A stretch of 64,000 bases of DNA, from the NCBI RefSeq assembly GCF_016432865.1, contig NC_067403.1:241490001-241554000 (forward strand). The letters are read 5' to 3'. The notes under the pieces are model-generated. The model worked only from the letters and a program-made list of their open reading frames with translations. It was not told where the DNA came from and did no database searches. Shown piece by piece: positions 47,344-61,013 of the stretch. The number at the start of each line of letters is the position of its first letter. Position 1 is the stretch's first letter. Source of the stretch: Antechinus flavipes (Eukaryota). The translations under genes and the position numbers were made by a program.

Positions 47344-47428
47344 CATAACAAAAGAGACCAGGGAGTTGATAGACTTGCCGCCCAAAAATATTTCTTCCCA
47401 TAGTTGGAGGAAGAGGCTCATATCCCAC
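47344..47428 (-). CDS. MTCH2: MTCH2 exon 2
   Basis: ttttgtag| and |gtaagt; VGYEPLPPTMGRNIFGRQVYQLPGLFCY(A). Confidence 0.97.
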
Positions 47429-47866
47429 CTACAAAAGTTAAAAAAAAAAATCATTATGGCCTTGAAAAGAGAGTAGAATTAAGTTTAAATGTTACTATAC
47501 AACTAAAGATGTGTTGTTGTTTTTTTTTTGTTTTAGCCAGTAATGAAATAGCTAAGCAAAACCACAGTACAGTCAACTTTAGACTGTAGGGAAAGTAATT
47601 TTGTTTCAGGAAAGCTACCAGAACTGCAGGAAATGTGACAAATCATCCCCAAAGAAAATCTGGAGTCATTTACACTTGGAACAATAACCAAAAAACCAAA
47701 AACTAACAAAAAAACACCAACTGTGAATCAAATAGAGAAATGAGTGCATGAACTGTAAATAGCGAGGCAGTAAAACAGATTCGACCAACAGCTACAAAAG
47801 CTGTGACTAGAGGACTGCCATCTCATTTCTATAATCTGTTCAGTTTTTCAAAGTGCTAAAAGGATA

Positions 47867-47868
<2 letters not shown>

Positions 47869-47909
<41 letters not shown>
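47869..47909 (+). repeat. (TG)20 microsatellite; another (GT)18 at 58677-58712
   Basis: Directly visible. Confidence 0.97.
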
Positions 47910-47911
<2 letters not shown>

Positions 47912-47984
47912 GTGGGTATGGGTCTCATTTTCTGCTAGCACAATTACTAAATACGTGCTTCCCTAAAAGTATAACTAGGCATTT

Positions 47985-48770
47985 TTCTTTTTTTTAGAGT
48001 GAATATTATTCCCCAATGGATAAGTAGTTAAAGGATAAAAAGAAACAATTCTCAAAATAAGAATTACAATGAACAATTTTAAGAAAAACTGCTCCAAATC
48101 ACTAAGGAAAAGGGAAATGCAAATCATAATAACTTTAAGGTTTCATCTCATACCCAGCAAGCTGACAAAGATAACAACAGGCTGTGCAGCTGTGAATTGG
48201 TCCAACTGGTTCTGGTACTCTAAGAAAGTGACTAAAATGTTCATATCCTTTGACCTATAGATCCTATAGCTGGGCTTTTCTCCTAAGGAAGTTAAAGACA
48301 GAAATGAAAGTCTCATTTACAACAATAACAGTCCTTATTGTGGAAGCAAAGATATAAAATACATACTCCCTATTAGAAGTTGGAATAACTTGTCTAGTTT
48401 TGGAGTAATGGGTTTTTACTATAAGGAATACTGAATATGAAGAATTCAGAAGCACGAGAAGGAATATAAACTGATTCAGAGAAGTAAACTAAACCAAGAC
48501 AACAATGGAACCAAAAATAAAAATCAGACCTCAACACTGCATCATTAAGATCAGGCTTGGTCCCAGGAGAGAAGTGAGATGGACAATCCTCTTTTTTGCT
48601 AAGGTGGGGTTCCTGTGGGTATAAAATATTCCTTATATAATGTTATTAGAGTTGGTTAATGTGCTGGCTGGCTCTTCTAAATTGCTTTTATTCTTTCTTT
48701 TTTCTCTTACTTATTTAAGTGATGGCTTGCTAAGTAGTGGAGGGAAGGATAGGTTCAAATAAAGTAAATA
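47985..48770 (+). mobile_element. L1 ORF2 C-terminal and 3' UTR remnant (a similar remnant lies at about 59810-60410)
   Basis: CSKSLRKREMQIIITLRFHLIP resembles the L1 ORF2 C-terminal CSxSLxIREMQIKTTLRYHLTP motif. Confidence 0.8.
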
Positions 48771-51700
48771 CTAATAATTTAGAATTTCACCAAACTTTTA
48801 GGAAAATTGGCAACAAAACTGTTATGAAATCAAGGTTAGTAATGAGTATCCTAGTTTCAGATACATGAGATGTCAGAAGCTACCAACTTGATGCTTTTTG
48901 TTAAGAGAAGACCTCAGAGACCTTTCTCTTAGCTCAGCTGCTAACAAATATACTGTAAATTATGGTCACTTCCACATATGTACTATACTGTCATAAAAGT
49001 ACTGTGATTTTGTACACATCAAATTTCAAAGACTATGCTGAGTTTAAATCTTTTCTTCCCAATCTACCTAATGGTACACATTAACCCTGACACTGTAGAA
49101 TCTAAATCCACAAAAGTCAAGTTTTGTCAGACAACCTGAATTTGTAATAGGCTCAAGCAAATGAATGTTGAAATGTGATTCTCTTTAGTACCACACACGG
49201 AATTCATGTTCATATTCCAAGAGGTATGAATACTAACATGATCTGTTCTAACCTGGAAAGCTATATTGGATCTAACTACTAAGCAATAAGTAATTATTAA
49301 ACACCTACAATATATAGCACACTATTCAGGGTGCTAGGAATTACAAAGACAAAAATGATCCAGTCTCACCCACACTCTACAAATGGGGATAACAGATATA
49401 TCTAAGTATATACAAAAAGCATACAAAGCAGACATGAGGTTAAGTTTGAATGGAAAGGCATTAATTAGTCATCGAGGAAGGCCTCCAGTAGAAGATATTG
49501 CTTAAGCCAGAGAGTCCCAAAGGAAGCCAAGGACTCCAAGAAGTAGAGAGAGAATATTCTAGGAATGGGGAATAGTTTAGTACAAAAGCCCAGAAAATGT
49601 AGATTAAGTTTTCCTGTGAGAAGAACAGCATTATGATTAGTCTTCCTTGTTTGTCAAGGGTAGTAATATGGGAAGATATGGTTAGACTTCCTTATTTGTC
49701 AAGGACAATAATATGGAAGCAGACTAGAGTAGTAGGAAAGGGCCAAGATCCTAACAGAAATAGGGAGTCACTAGAATTTATTTTTTTTCAATCAAGACTT
49801 TTAAACATACTCACTTCTTCCATACTGAACATAAAAACCAAATCCCTATCATAAACACAGTCAAGCAAAAAAAAAAAAAAAAAAGTGTCCATATCTTCTA
49901 GTCCAAGAACGTGTTTCGTTCTGCACCTTAAACTTTCAGGCAGGAGGCGAACAGCACGCTTTATCACTGACAGGCTAGAATCATGATTGATTAATCACTA
50001 TACTGAGCAGTTCTTAAATCTTTCAAAACTTTTGTTTTACCACACTGATGTCACATAGAAATTGTTCTCCTGGTTCTGCTTATTTCACTCTGCAGCAGTC
50101 TTGCTAATTTTCTCTAAAACTATCTTTTTATTCCTTTCTTATAGCATTACATTCATATACTGAAACTTGTCCCCAATTGATGAGCACACTCTTAGTTTCC
50201 AGGTTTCTTTGTTGTTGTTGTTTTATTTTTTTGCTAAAACACAAAGGGTTGCTATAAATATTTTTTATATATAGGAGCTTTGCCTTTTCCTTTATTTCAT
50301 TAGGGCACTGCTAGGAGTATTACTGCTGGGTCAAAGGGTATACTGTACACAGTTTAATAATAACTCTTTGGGCACAATTCCAAACTGCTTTCCAAAATGA
50401 CGGTATCAATTTACAGCTCCACTAACAGTACACTAATGTATTTGTTTTCCAAAAACCATTTCAACATTTGTGATTTTTCTTTTTTGTAAAGTGGAACTTC
50501 AAGATTTGCTTTAATTTGCATTTTTCTAATTACTGTCACTGGAGTTTACTGAGTGGAAGTGTATATGGGAGCATGTATGGGGGACCTATTGGAGTGAGGA
50601 TAGGCCTGAGACAGAGACCAGTTAGAAGATTGATTCCAATAGTTTTAGGAGATGATGAGGATGGTGGAAGAGACAGAAGAAAAAAGGGGAAACGCCATCT
50701 GAGATATGAAGACAGAAACATCAAGATTTGGGAACTGATTAGATATGAGGGAAGAGCAAGGGTGAGGATTCTAAGATATCAAAGTTGTGAACTTAGGAGC
50801 CGAGGGCAGTGGTAAAAACGAGAGCTCTTCTGGGAGGAGAGCTGAGGGAAAGAAAGAGTTCTGTTTTGAATATGGCCATAGGATACCTAATGTGAAACTT
50901 TAGTTGATAGTAGTTGATAGTGCTGGACTGGAAGTTAGTTTATGGACTAAGCAGATCTGTCCAAGAATCTGATGAGGTCACCAAGTGAGAGTACAGAAAG
51001 AGCTGAAAACATGCAGGACAGTGCGGGGTACATGAAGTTGTGGATTTGACACATTAATGAAAGGCCAAAGAACACTGAGAAGAAACTTTCGGATAACTGG
51101 GGAATCAAGGAAAAGCAGCCCCATGTAAGGCCATACAATCCCAACCAAAGCAATAAGGGGTAGACAGTATCAGCAAAGGCAAGATTTGGGAGAAAATTCA
51201 AAATACTTCATACTTCAACTGAGGCAATCTTATGTTGACAAACCCATTAATGGAAACAACCAGGTGAGTATGCAATAAATAGACCACCACTGGACGACTC
51301 TTTTACAAGAATATATCAAATCATCCTAACTTGGCTAAAAGCCTTTCAAAACCTGTTTTTAAGCTCTAGGCAAATGTGATGCTCATGCTGTTCTAAGCCA
51401 CATGGGGTCCCACATCAGAACCTCATGGATTTCTTCAGAAACTTGACTCAGCAACCCTTCCCAATCGGCCTATTATCATTTCTGAATGAGCTCCTTGTGT
51501 CTAACTGGGTATCTGGTTCCAAAATCTGCTACAGAATAGCAGCAATGATCCCTCCCCAACGCAGCCCCTAACAATTTCCTCTCCAATAACGAAGATTGCA
51601 ATGGACAGGATCTCCACTGAAAGGCAGATGAAGGGGAGAGGGTGACAAAGAGGAGCTTTTTTTCCTTTAGTGGGACCTTTTTTCGTTCGGAGGGTGAAGG

Positions 51701-51849
51701 AATCAAGACCCCCCCCCCCCCCCAAAAAAAAAGAAAGAAAGAAAGAAAGAAAACAAAGGCTGGTCAGAACCATCCCTGGGTCTATGTTTTCTCCCGCAAG
51801 GTCAAGTCACTGCAGCACCTAAGGGCTGGGGGAGGCAGGGAAAGAGCCA

Positions 51850-53260
51850 ATCACACTTCATGGGGTCGGGGGGAACCCGGGAAAAGTCAGAACGTCCCTC
51901 GGCTCGGAGTCGGGACCAGGGTTCCCGGCGCCTTGTGGCAGGTTCTTTTGAATTGAGAGGAAAAAGGTTTGGGGGGAGGGGGGATGGACCGCCGTGCAGG
52001 AGGGGGCGGAGGGGGATCAAGAACGAGCCCTGAAATGCTCGGGTTCCGGGTCCCGGCCACGGTCCAGGTCTGAGGTCACCTTCCCCAGATTCCCCTAGCA
52101 CTCACTACAGGTTAGACCAGGGTGGGGGTAAGGAGGAGGAGGAGGGGCGCGATAGCAGGGAGACCCCAAGGCCCAGCTGGAGGGCGGAGGCCGAAGCACC
52201 CGAGCGACCCCCAGTCCGGGGACACGACTGTCCCACCCGCCCTCACTCCGGCCTCACTTTCCAAGGTCCCCTAAGAGCGCACTTGGCGGCCACGGGGAGG
52301 GCCCCTCAGGCCCCGGGAACGAGGGAGGAGCGCCACGGGCCGGGGCCCTCGGGCTCGGCCGAGTCCTCGGAGCAGGCCCGGGCCGGGCGGGCCGGGGCCC
52401 GGGGCGGGGAGAAGGCCGGCGACGACGGCGGCGGCGGCGGCTCCTACCTGTACGAGCACCTTCACGTACATGAGCGGCTGCGAGAGGATGGTGAGGCCCG
52501 AGCCCAGCAGCACCTGACTGGCCGCCTCCGCCATGATGGCACCCACGGACGGACGGGCTGACGGAAGAGCGGGCTGGGGGACCGAGCCACCGACCGACCG
52601 GGTCCCGGATCACGTGCCGGGGCCGGCGGCTTCGCTGACCCGCGGAGCGCGCACGCACGCGCTCTCTCCGCCTTCCGCGAGCGGCGGCGGCGGCGCGCAC
52701 GCAGGGCCCAAAGAAACGGCAGCGCCTCGCGGGCGGAAAGGAAGAGGCGAAGGCTGTGGGCGGGGCCGCGCCCGCGCCCAGGCCACGCCCCCCGGGCCTG
52801 CCCGCGCCCAGGCACTCCGCGGCGAGGCGAAACGCTACTGCGCTTGCGCGGGGCAGCCCAGGGTGTAGCGAAACCGGAGAAGGAGGAGGGGAAAGAAGAG
52901 GAGGAGGAGGAGCCGGAACCTCCGTGGCGGGAAAGTTATGCTGGCGGCTAACTGTCGGAAAGGTCGGGAGAAGCTGGTTCTTGACGGTCCCGCGGCAGCT
53001 CTCCAGCTCTCACCCTCGCAGAATCACGGAGACAGATAACAACAGCCTTTCCCCAAAACCAGTCCGCGCGTGGCGGAGGTGGGGCCTGTGTTGCTCCCAT
53101 TTCACAATTGGGCAAACTGAGGGCGGAAGAGGGGCCACGGCCGGTCCTAGGTGCCAGGCCGCCTTTGTCGGGCGAAGGCCTCTGGATCTGAGGACCCCGA
53201 GCTCCGGGGGCGCCACGTGGCAGCGATCCGACCGCCGAGGCCGGGCAGTTTGGGGGCGTT
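51850..53260 (-). promoter_or_regulatory. MTCH2 CpG-island promoter
   Basis: CpG-dense; GC boxes at about 52758-52795; NRF1-like TGCGCTTGCGCG (52839-52850) and GCGCGCACGCA; palindromic E-box GCCACGTGGC (53212-53221). Confidence 0.85.
52448..52534 (-). CDS. MTCH2: MTCH2 exon 1 coding part
   Basis: gccatcATGG start; MAEAASQVLLGSGLTILSQPLMYVKVLVQ; donor CAG|gtagga. Confidence 0.97.
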
Positions 53261-53275
53261 GAGCTCTCAGTATGA

Positions 53276-53675
53276 ACTCCCCCTCCTCCTCCTCCTCTAA
53301 AACCTCCTTGACCTCCACCTCCTCTAAAACCTCTTTGGCCTCCACCCCCTCCGCGGCCTCCACCCCTTCGGCGGCCTCTGCGGCCTCCACGGCCTCCTCG
53401 GTCTCCTCCTCATCGTCTTCCTCTCCCCGCTCCTCTCCCCATTCCTCCTCCTCCTCCTCCCCACCTTCTTCTTCTACCCCTCCCCCTGTCCCCACTCCCT
53501 CTCCTCCTCCCCATCCTCCTCCTCCACCAACTCCTCCTATTCCTCCTCCCTCCCCTCCTTCCCCTCCCGCTCCTCTTCCTCCTACACCCCCTTTTCCCTC
53601 TCCCCCTCTCCCTCCTCGACCCCCTCGACCCCCTCGACCCCTTCCTCCTCCCTCTCCACCTCCTCCTTTTCTTTA
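53276..53675 (+). repeat. Polypyrimidine/polypurine (CCT-rich) low-complexity tract with internal 9-, 18- and 27-nt repeats
   Basis: Directly visible, e.g. cctcctctaaaacctccttgacctcca followed by cctcctctaaaacctctttggcctcca. Confidence 0.95.
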
Positions 53676-55094
53676 ATAGCCCTGCATCGATCCAACCACC
53701 AGGAGGTCGTCACGGGCCGAGCGAGGAAGTGTGTGGGGGGAGACTTGATCTCGGTTCTTGGGGGCTCCCAAGGTCAGGAGTGATGAGCAGGAAGCAGAGA
53801 TTCAAGTGGATGGCCTGGGAAGGTGGGAGGACCAAAGTAGCCTGAGGATGGAATATAATAAGACCTTAATATGATATATCAATGTCTTAATATAATTTAT
53901 AATAGTTTCTTAGTATAAGACATGATAATGTCTAATTATGGACATTATAATATAGTCTTGATGATATAGAATAATATTCTGATATAATACAATAACATCT
54001 TAATATAACAATATGGCCATTTTAAAGTTTTCAGAGTGTTTTGCAGCGATCTCATTTGATCCTGAGAACAGTCCTGGGAGAAAGGCACCATGCACATCCT
54101 GAACAGACAAGCACTTCCTGGGGTCACACAACTAGGGGGTCAGAAGTCACCTGTGGACTTGGGGCTTCCGACTCTGGAAAGCCTGACTTTCTAGGCCATC
54201 TTAGGAGGGAACTGACCCAAACAGGCTAAATGACGACAGGTCAACTCTGAGAAACAGGTTGGGATCATCCATTTTCATAGTAACATAAAAAGGAAATAAT
54301 GGAACTGAGGTTGAAAAGGAAGCTTAGGTGTGTGACCAAATATTCCAGGATCATTTATGCACCGTTGTGGGAAAGAAATATAAACCCTGATCCTACTTTT
54401 AGAGTTTAGAGCTCCCTAGAATTGGAGAGACAAGACTAAAATGCAAAAAACAGATTACATGACAATATTCCCCTCAAGAGTCCTCTGATGACCTACTGTG
54501 TGGTGAAGGTGAACCTCCGATTCCTAGCTCTGTCAGGTCCTACTGGAGAGGTTCACCACCAGGAGTTTGGCCAAGACCCTTAAAACAATTCCAGTGTTCT
54601 TCATTGTGACCTTGACTCCATCAACAAATTCCACATATTCCTCCATTAAATATATACTAAGTGCTGAGATATGGGTACAGATCCTCTTGTAAAGGTAAAA
54701 TAGGACAGCTGTGGGTTATATGGCTGCATTCTAAAATGCTGACTCCATGTATTTTGCTTCTGTGGCTGACTGGTTTGAGGAAATGGATGGTAAGCAAGGT
54801 ACTCTGGGGAGACAGAGTTTTGGGGAATTATCCACATAGAGATGACAGATAAAATAAAAGACATCTCTTGAAAAGGAAAAAAAAAAAAAAAACATGTCTG
54901 AGGCCTGATTTGGCCAATACATGTTGAATTGACCAGAAGAGGGAGAAAAGCCAATTAAAGCTACAAGAGAATCATTCTGACAAATATGATAACCAGGCAT
55001 AGAGATGTGACCACAAGGTCCTCCTAGAAGAGAATTTTGAGATGTCATCTCTTTCAAGGTCAAGGGTCTTCTCAGAAGACAGTGAATTTTAGAT

Positions 55095-55444
55095 CAGGGA
55101 TTCTTCATCTATTTTGTGTTATTGATCCTATTGGCAGCCCCTATTCAGAATCATATATATATTTTAAAACAAATAATAGCTTTATTTTCCAAAATACATG
55201 CAAAGATAGTTTTCAACATTCCTCCTTGCAAAGCCCTGTGTTCCAAATTTTTCTCCCTCCCTAGCCAGCAAGTCATTTCTCCCTTAGACAGCAAGTAATC
55301 CCATATATGTTAAACGTGCAATTCAAAGTCATATTTTTAAAATGTAGCAAATAAAATACATAAGACTGTAGAGGTAGCTAATTATATTGAAATAGTTTCG
55401 AAATATTTTTTAAAAAGGCATAGGCCCTAGGTTAAGAACTCCTG
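55095..55444 (+). mobile_element. hAT-Charlie-type MITE with a nested L1 3' fragment (about 55190-55325, - strand)
   Basis: TIRs cagggattcttcatct and aggttaagaactcctg; degenerate 8-bp flanks ttttagat/gcttagag. Confidence 0.75.
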
Positions 55445-57757
55445 GCTTAGAGGATAACTTAGTTCTGCTTCTTCCATTATATTATTTCAGATTGTTCAAA
55501 AGAGAAGTGTCAGGTTTTGGAGGTTTTTTCCCTGTTTTTGCCTCATCCAAGCCTAAAGGTGTCTGATTTTATTTCCTTGTCTCTCCATTTCATAGCAGAC
55601 TTGGTCTTGAAATACTCTATTTTGGGCTCTATATTTCCATTCTATTGACCTATTTATCCTATATTTTATAGCCTATCTGTAATGAGGTGGATAATGTCAG
55701 TCCAAGAATGGATATCGTCAGTCACAATTCTCTGTGTAGTTCCTACCAGTAAACTATCAGCAAACAAGCTTTTTAAAAAATTTTTTTGTCTCATTTACTT
55801 TTAGCAAACAAGCTTCTAATGATCATTTTAAAAGATTGTGATGTTAATCATCAAGGTCTTTATTTTTTGCAATAGTTAATTCTTTTAAAGCTGTAAAGCA
55901 TTTGCAACAAAATTACATGTCTTGAATATAGTAATTTTGCCATTTGGATGGGAGACCATATATGGCTGGAAATAGTCTTTAAGATGGTGTTTTAATTGTG
56001 CTAGGTCAAATGTTTCTAAATCATCAAGTACAGTGAGATCTTCTTATCTTTGGATTAATTTTGTGATAGATGTGGTTTGCTGTGTAAAATTATTCATGAA
56101 AGCCTGTCTCTACTCTGCTAATGTCTCCATCAAAGATTCCTCAGCTGCATGTGTCCAGTAGGTTCTTGGAAATTTGATATAGATAGGAAAGAAGGCATTT
56201 AGATTGGTAGCTGATTTTTTTCAGTGCCTTTTCTTTCCTTCCTCTCTTTCTCTCTCCTTCCTTCCTTCTTCCTTCCTTCCCTTACTTCCTTTCATCAGTA
56301 ATGTTTAAGAATCTTTTTTTCTATGCTTCAATTACCTACCCTTCCGGATAGCTGTGAATTGATCTTTCAGCACTCTCAAAAGTGTCATTTCACGATCTCA
56401 AGGTTTTAAAAGCCTTAGTTTTAATATGTCTGATTTCCCCAACTATGTTTTTTCTAGTAACATAACTACTTTAGGAACATATTTGGAACTGTGATGTCAA
56501 GAGTCCAAGGGTAGTGACTCTGCTGTCCATGATAATGACAGTTTGTTATCAAAACTTTGCAGATCTTTTACATTTTTTTCCCCTGTTGACTTTCCATTTT
56601 CATCTTTAAATGCTCTTGGGATAAATTGTGATCTTTTTTGGAAAGTTGGATCAGCTTCTGAGTGTTCTTTAAAATAATTTTACTTTTTCTAGCCTTTTTT
56701 TTTTTTCCCAACAGAGAGGGGATATTTATTGCAAGTGATCTTTCCTCATCCTTTTCTATTAGATTTTACAAATGAATTTGTAGCTTAAGCTAGTGTTAAC
56801 CTTCAGCTACTAAGTCTCTTTTTTTGGCAAGTAAATTGTTGACTGGGATGTTTTTAAAGGATCTTTTATACCTCTTATTATAGAAGTGAATTTATATCAA
56901 CTAAATTTCTATATTAGATTGTTATGGTTTGGGTTTATATCGTTTTTCTATCTAGTACCCACTTTTTGTTATCAGTAATTTGTTTGAATATGACACGATT
57001 GAATTTGTTTTGTACCATTTTCTTTTTTCTCATTTTTCTTTTTCTTGCTTTGTAATAATTTTGATGTTTGCTCTGATAATGGTGGTCTAATTATATTCAC
57101 ATAGTTCATTCAGGTAGGACTTATATATCAATAATACAATTTCCTGTCCATTAAAATTCAATCAATTTCATTTTCTTGGACCTTCTTAGGTGCTTACCAT
57201 ACATGTCAGGTTTTTATTGTTTTATTTTCTTTTTTTTAAGTTTTTAATGTTTATTTTTATAAGATTTTGATTTCCAATTTTTTTCTTCCTCTCTCCCTTC
57301 TTTCCTCCCCTTTCTAAGACAGCAAATCATTTTACATATTATTTATCTATATATATAGGTTATACATATACAGTCATATTAAACATATATCCACCTTCAT
57401 CATGTTATGAAAGAAGAATCAGAACAAAAGGGAAAAATCATAAGAAAGAAAAAGTGATGATAATATACTTGGATCTGCATTTAGACTCTTTAGTTCTTTC
57501 TCTGGCTGTGGATGGCATTTTCCATCGTGGGTCTTTTGGTGTTGTCCCAAATCACTGTATTGCTGTCTTATTGCTTATTTTCTTAAAGTATTTATGATCT
57601 GTAGGTGTGAGGCTCTTGAATAGTTTAATCCTTTTTGACTAATCTCATTCTTATTTCCTGATCGGTTTTCCCATATACATTCTTACCTATATCTGTCTTT
57701 GAATTGAAATGACTGAATATTAAAGCATATATTGATTTGATTGGGGGAAGGGAAACT

Positions 57758-58048
57758 TGTGATACAGGAACCACCTGCCAGTGGCTGCTGGAGGTCTAAC
57801 TCAGATCTGTAGAATGGATGTGAGAGGATTATGATGATGATACAAGGAGACTGAGAGGTGTCCTAGGCAGTTTCGTTATCTGACTTCTCTCTTCTTCTTT
57901 CTTGCCTCCAATTTATTTCATTCCTAGTCCACAAGAAACATCTCTGTTAGTAAAGGCTGCTTTGCAACTCCTTCAAGTGTTATGATTCATAGTTGTGGAA
58001 GTTCTGGGAGAACTCATCTGCTCCCTCACTTAGGCATGGTCCTTAACA
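57758..58048 (-). mobile_element. Putative ERV solo LTR (291 bp)
   Basis: TGT...ACA termini, direct repeat ggaaact on both sides, internal AATAAA (- strand, 57912-57917). Confidence 0.6.
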
Positions 58049-58111
58049 GGAAACTTAGTGAATTCTATTAGAATTTCTGTACCATTTGAAGACACTGACA
58101 CATCAATTGTA

Positions 58112-58262
58112 TTTTTTTGTTTGTTTGGTTGAGGCAATTGGAGTTAAGTGACTTGCTAGGATCACACAGCTAGGAAGTGTTAAGTGTCTGAGGTCACATT
58201 TGAACTCAGGTCCTCCTGACTTCAGGGCTGGTGCTCTATCCACTGCACCACCTAGCTGTCCT
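58112..58262 (-). mobile_element. WSINE1-like SINE
   Basis: Reverse complement of the same SINE type as 45091-45237. Confidence 0.9.
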
Positions 58263-58675
58263 TGCAGTTATTTTTTTTTATGGTGGTCTTTTTGCAAAAA
58301 TTTATTTAACATATGCAGTAAGATGACACAATGTCCCATGAAGTGATATCTTACTGCCTTTGGGTGCAGAATAAAACCAGCTTTTCCAGTTTCCTTGTCT
58401 ACCTCTCTAAGGAGAATCTGTGAACCACTCTCCCATTTAATTATAATTTATTGTTTTGTGTACAGTGAGAATATGAAGATTGACATGCTAACTTCCTCCA
58501 GTAATATGTCCACTTGGTCATTAGTTTTCTGTTCTCTCATTTAGAGTAACAATAGCCAAGTTACAGATCTGTAGGTCTAAAATCTATGATTCTGGATCCG
58601 ACCCTTTTCATTATCTGCTACCATTACAAGAAATGGAAAAGGGGGGGCTTTCTGGAACAAGGGCAATTAAAGTAT

Positions 58676-58714
<39 letters not shown>

Positions 58715-61007
58715 TGCTTGCCATGGCCAATCCATTGCCAGTCATTTACAATCGTTTATTAAATGGTTAACTCTGTCCTAACACTGGGTTAAGTGCTGTG
58801 GATATAGTGAAGGTCAAAACACTCTTATTGTTCTCAAGGGAACTGACATTCTAATGGAGGAGACAACTGTGATATTTAGGAACATGACATATAGAATAGG
58901 GAATTTCAAGGCAAAAGGCAAGAGCAGTATCAAAGAAGCCTTCTGCAGAAGTCTTGAAGGAAGTCAGGGAAGTGAAGATAGCAGATTGGGGAGGGGGGCG
59001 CAGAGCCTAGCAGCCTGAGGATCAGTGAGGGCAAAAGGGGTCCAGCCTCTTAGTTGTAAATCCTCTTGGTACTTAGCTACCAGGCTGGTCCTTGGAAAGC
59101 AGATGCCAGCTGTTGCTAAGACCATTCTTGATAACTTTCCAGGGTGGCAGAACCTGCCAAAGTTTGGGAGAACTCAGGGTCACAAGTCCCATGCCATAGT
59201 GGGACTTTATGGTAAGTAAACTGCTATTACAAAAATATTTTCCCAGCAGTCTTTTCTGAAAAACACAAAAACACTTTTGTTCCCGGCACTGTACGTACCA
59301 TGTAACATTATGACATGATAGAATCTCACTGGTGACCTGGATTTACAACATTGTTCCCTCATTTCTGTAATGTACTCCCCCCTCATATAGGACTTTCTGA
59401 ATCCGTTCATCAGAATTCAGCTCAGACACTCCCCTGTGTCTTGCCTAATTTCCCCAGCTGAATATGATCTCGAGTAGTCCCAGAACATTTTGGACTTCTC
59501 TTTTGCCTTCATCCCATTCTATCTTTATTATATCCTTCTCTGCAAATTTGGCGGATCCCTACTCTTCTTCCTGGAGAATTTTAAGCTCTTAAAGGACATA
59601 GACCTTATCATCTATTTGACTTTTATTTTTAATCTCTTTGACTTTTGACATCTTTGTATCCTCAGGGCCCACCACAGTGCTTTCTATGTTTAATATCTGT
59701 TGAATTTAATTCTTGACAGAAATTGACTTTTAACTTATGTCCTAAACTTGTGTCCTACAAATTGTGTTATTTGTTCTGAAGTGAAGCAGTAAAAGGACAT
59801 TACTGTGCCACTTTTTTGAAAATTGAAATCCACCATCTTGGGGCATTCAGAAGGCAATCTGACATAGTCTGCTATTGAAAAAAAATTTTTTTAGCAAGTT
59901 TCTCTGATAAAGACCTCCTCAAATATAGGGAGAATGAATCAAATTTATAAGAATACAGTTCCATTCCCCAGTTGATAAATGGTCAAAGGATATGAACAGG
60001 CAGTTTTCAGAACAAATCAAAGCTAACTATAGTCATATTAAAAAAAAAAAAAAAACTTTGATTAAAGAAATGCAAATTAAGACAACTGTGGTAGTACCTC
60101 ATACCTGTCAGATTGGCTTAAATATCAGAAAAAGAAAATGACAAAAATTGGGTCACTAAGGCAGACTACTGCCCATGGTGGTGTGACTAATTAAAGCTGT
60201 GCCCAAAGGGCAATCAAACTCTGCATTCCCTGGCTCTAGCAATACTACTGTGTCCATCTAGTGCCTATACGTGTGTGTATGTAGACATCTATATGTAGAC
60301 AAATTGCCTCTTCAAGGAAGTATGGGAGGTAAGAAAATTTGGAACTCAAAAAAGTTTTACAAAATGAATATTTAAACTTTTTTATATGTAATTGAGAATT
60401 TTCAAAATTTCATCCTTTCTCCCTTTTTTCACTTTGTTTTGCTTTTACTTTCTCTTCTCTTCTACCCTTTGCTCTTTTCATTTTATCTTTTTTCTCTTCC
60501 TCTCATCTTCCCATCTCTCCAAGTCTTAGTTTTCCCATTCCCTTCCTTTCAAACTGGTAACTGGAGGTAATAAGAGAGGAGCCAAGCCTTTCTCCAAATC
60601 ATTCTTAAGTGATCCATAAATACTGTGGGTAATGATGATACCAAGCCACACTTTGGTAACTTAAGTGGCTAAATTTTCCATAATGCCTCCTTACAATTTG
60701 CTAGCTTTGTTAACTTATTTGGGGCACTAGGATGAACAATGGATAGAGTGCCCGACCTAGCCTCAAACACTATAGCTGTGTGACCCTTGGCATTTAACCA
60801 TGTTTCTCTCAGTTTTGTCATCTGTAAAATGAGCTGGAGAAGGAAATGGCAAACTACTCTTTGCCAAGAAAATCCCAAATGGAGTCATGACGAATTAGAA
60901 CTGAACACAAAAATTAATGTTATATAGTCCTTAGTACATTTCAGTGCTTCATATTAAATTGGCATTAAATAAGTTAACAAAAACAGTATTTAGAAGCAAA
61001 ACAGGAC

Positions 61008-61013
61008 TTTATT
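61008..61013 (-). terminator. Poly(A) signal of an upstream minus-strand gene (AGBL2 expected by synteny)
   Basis: AATAAA followed on - by a GU/U-rich tract (gtcctgttttgcttct...actgtttttgtt). Confidence 0.5.

Noticed and set aside
53272-53676. 134-aa Ser/Pro-rich ORF on +
   Set aside because: Translation of a CCT low-complexity tract
54600-60700. Scattered 60-110 aa ORFs
   Set aside because: They fall in or between MITE, L1, L2, LTR and SINE remnants; no splice-consistent gene model
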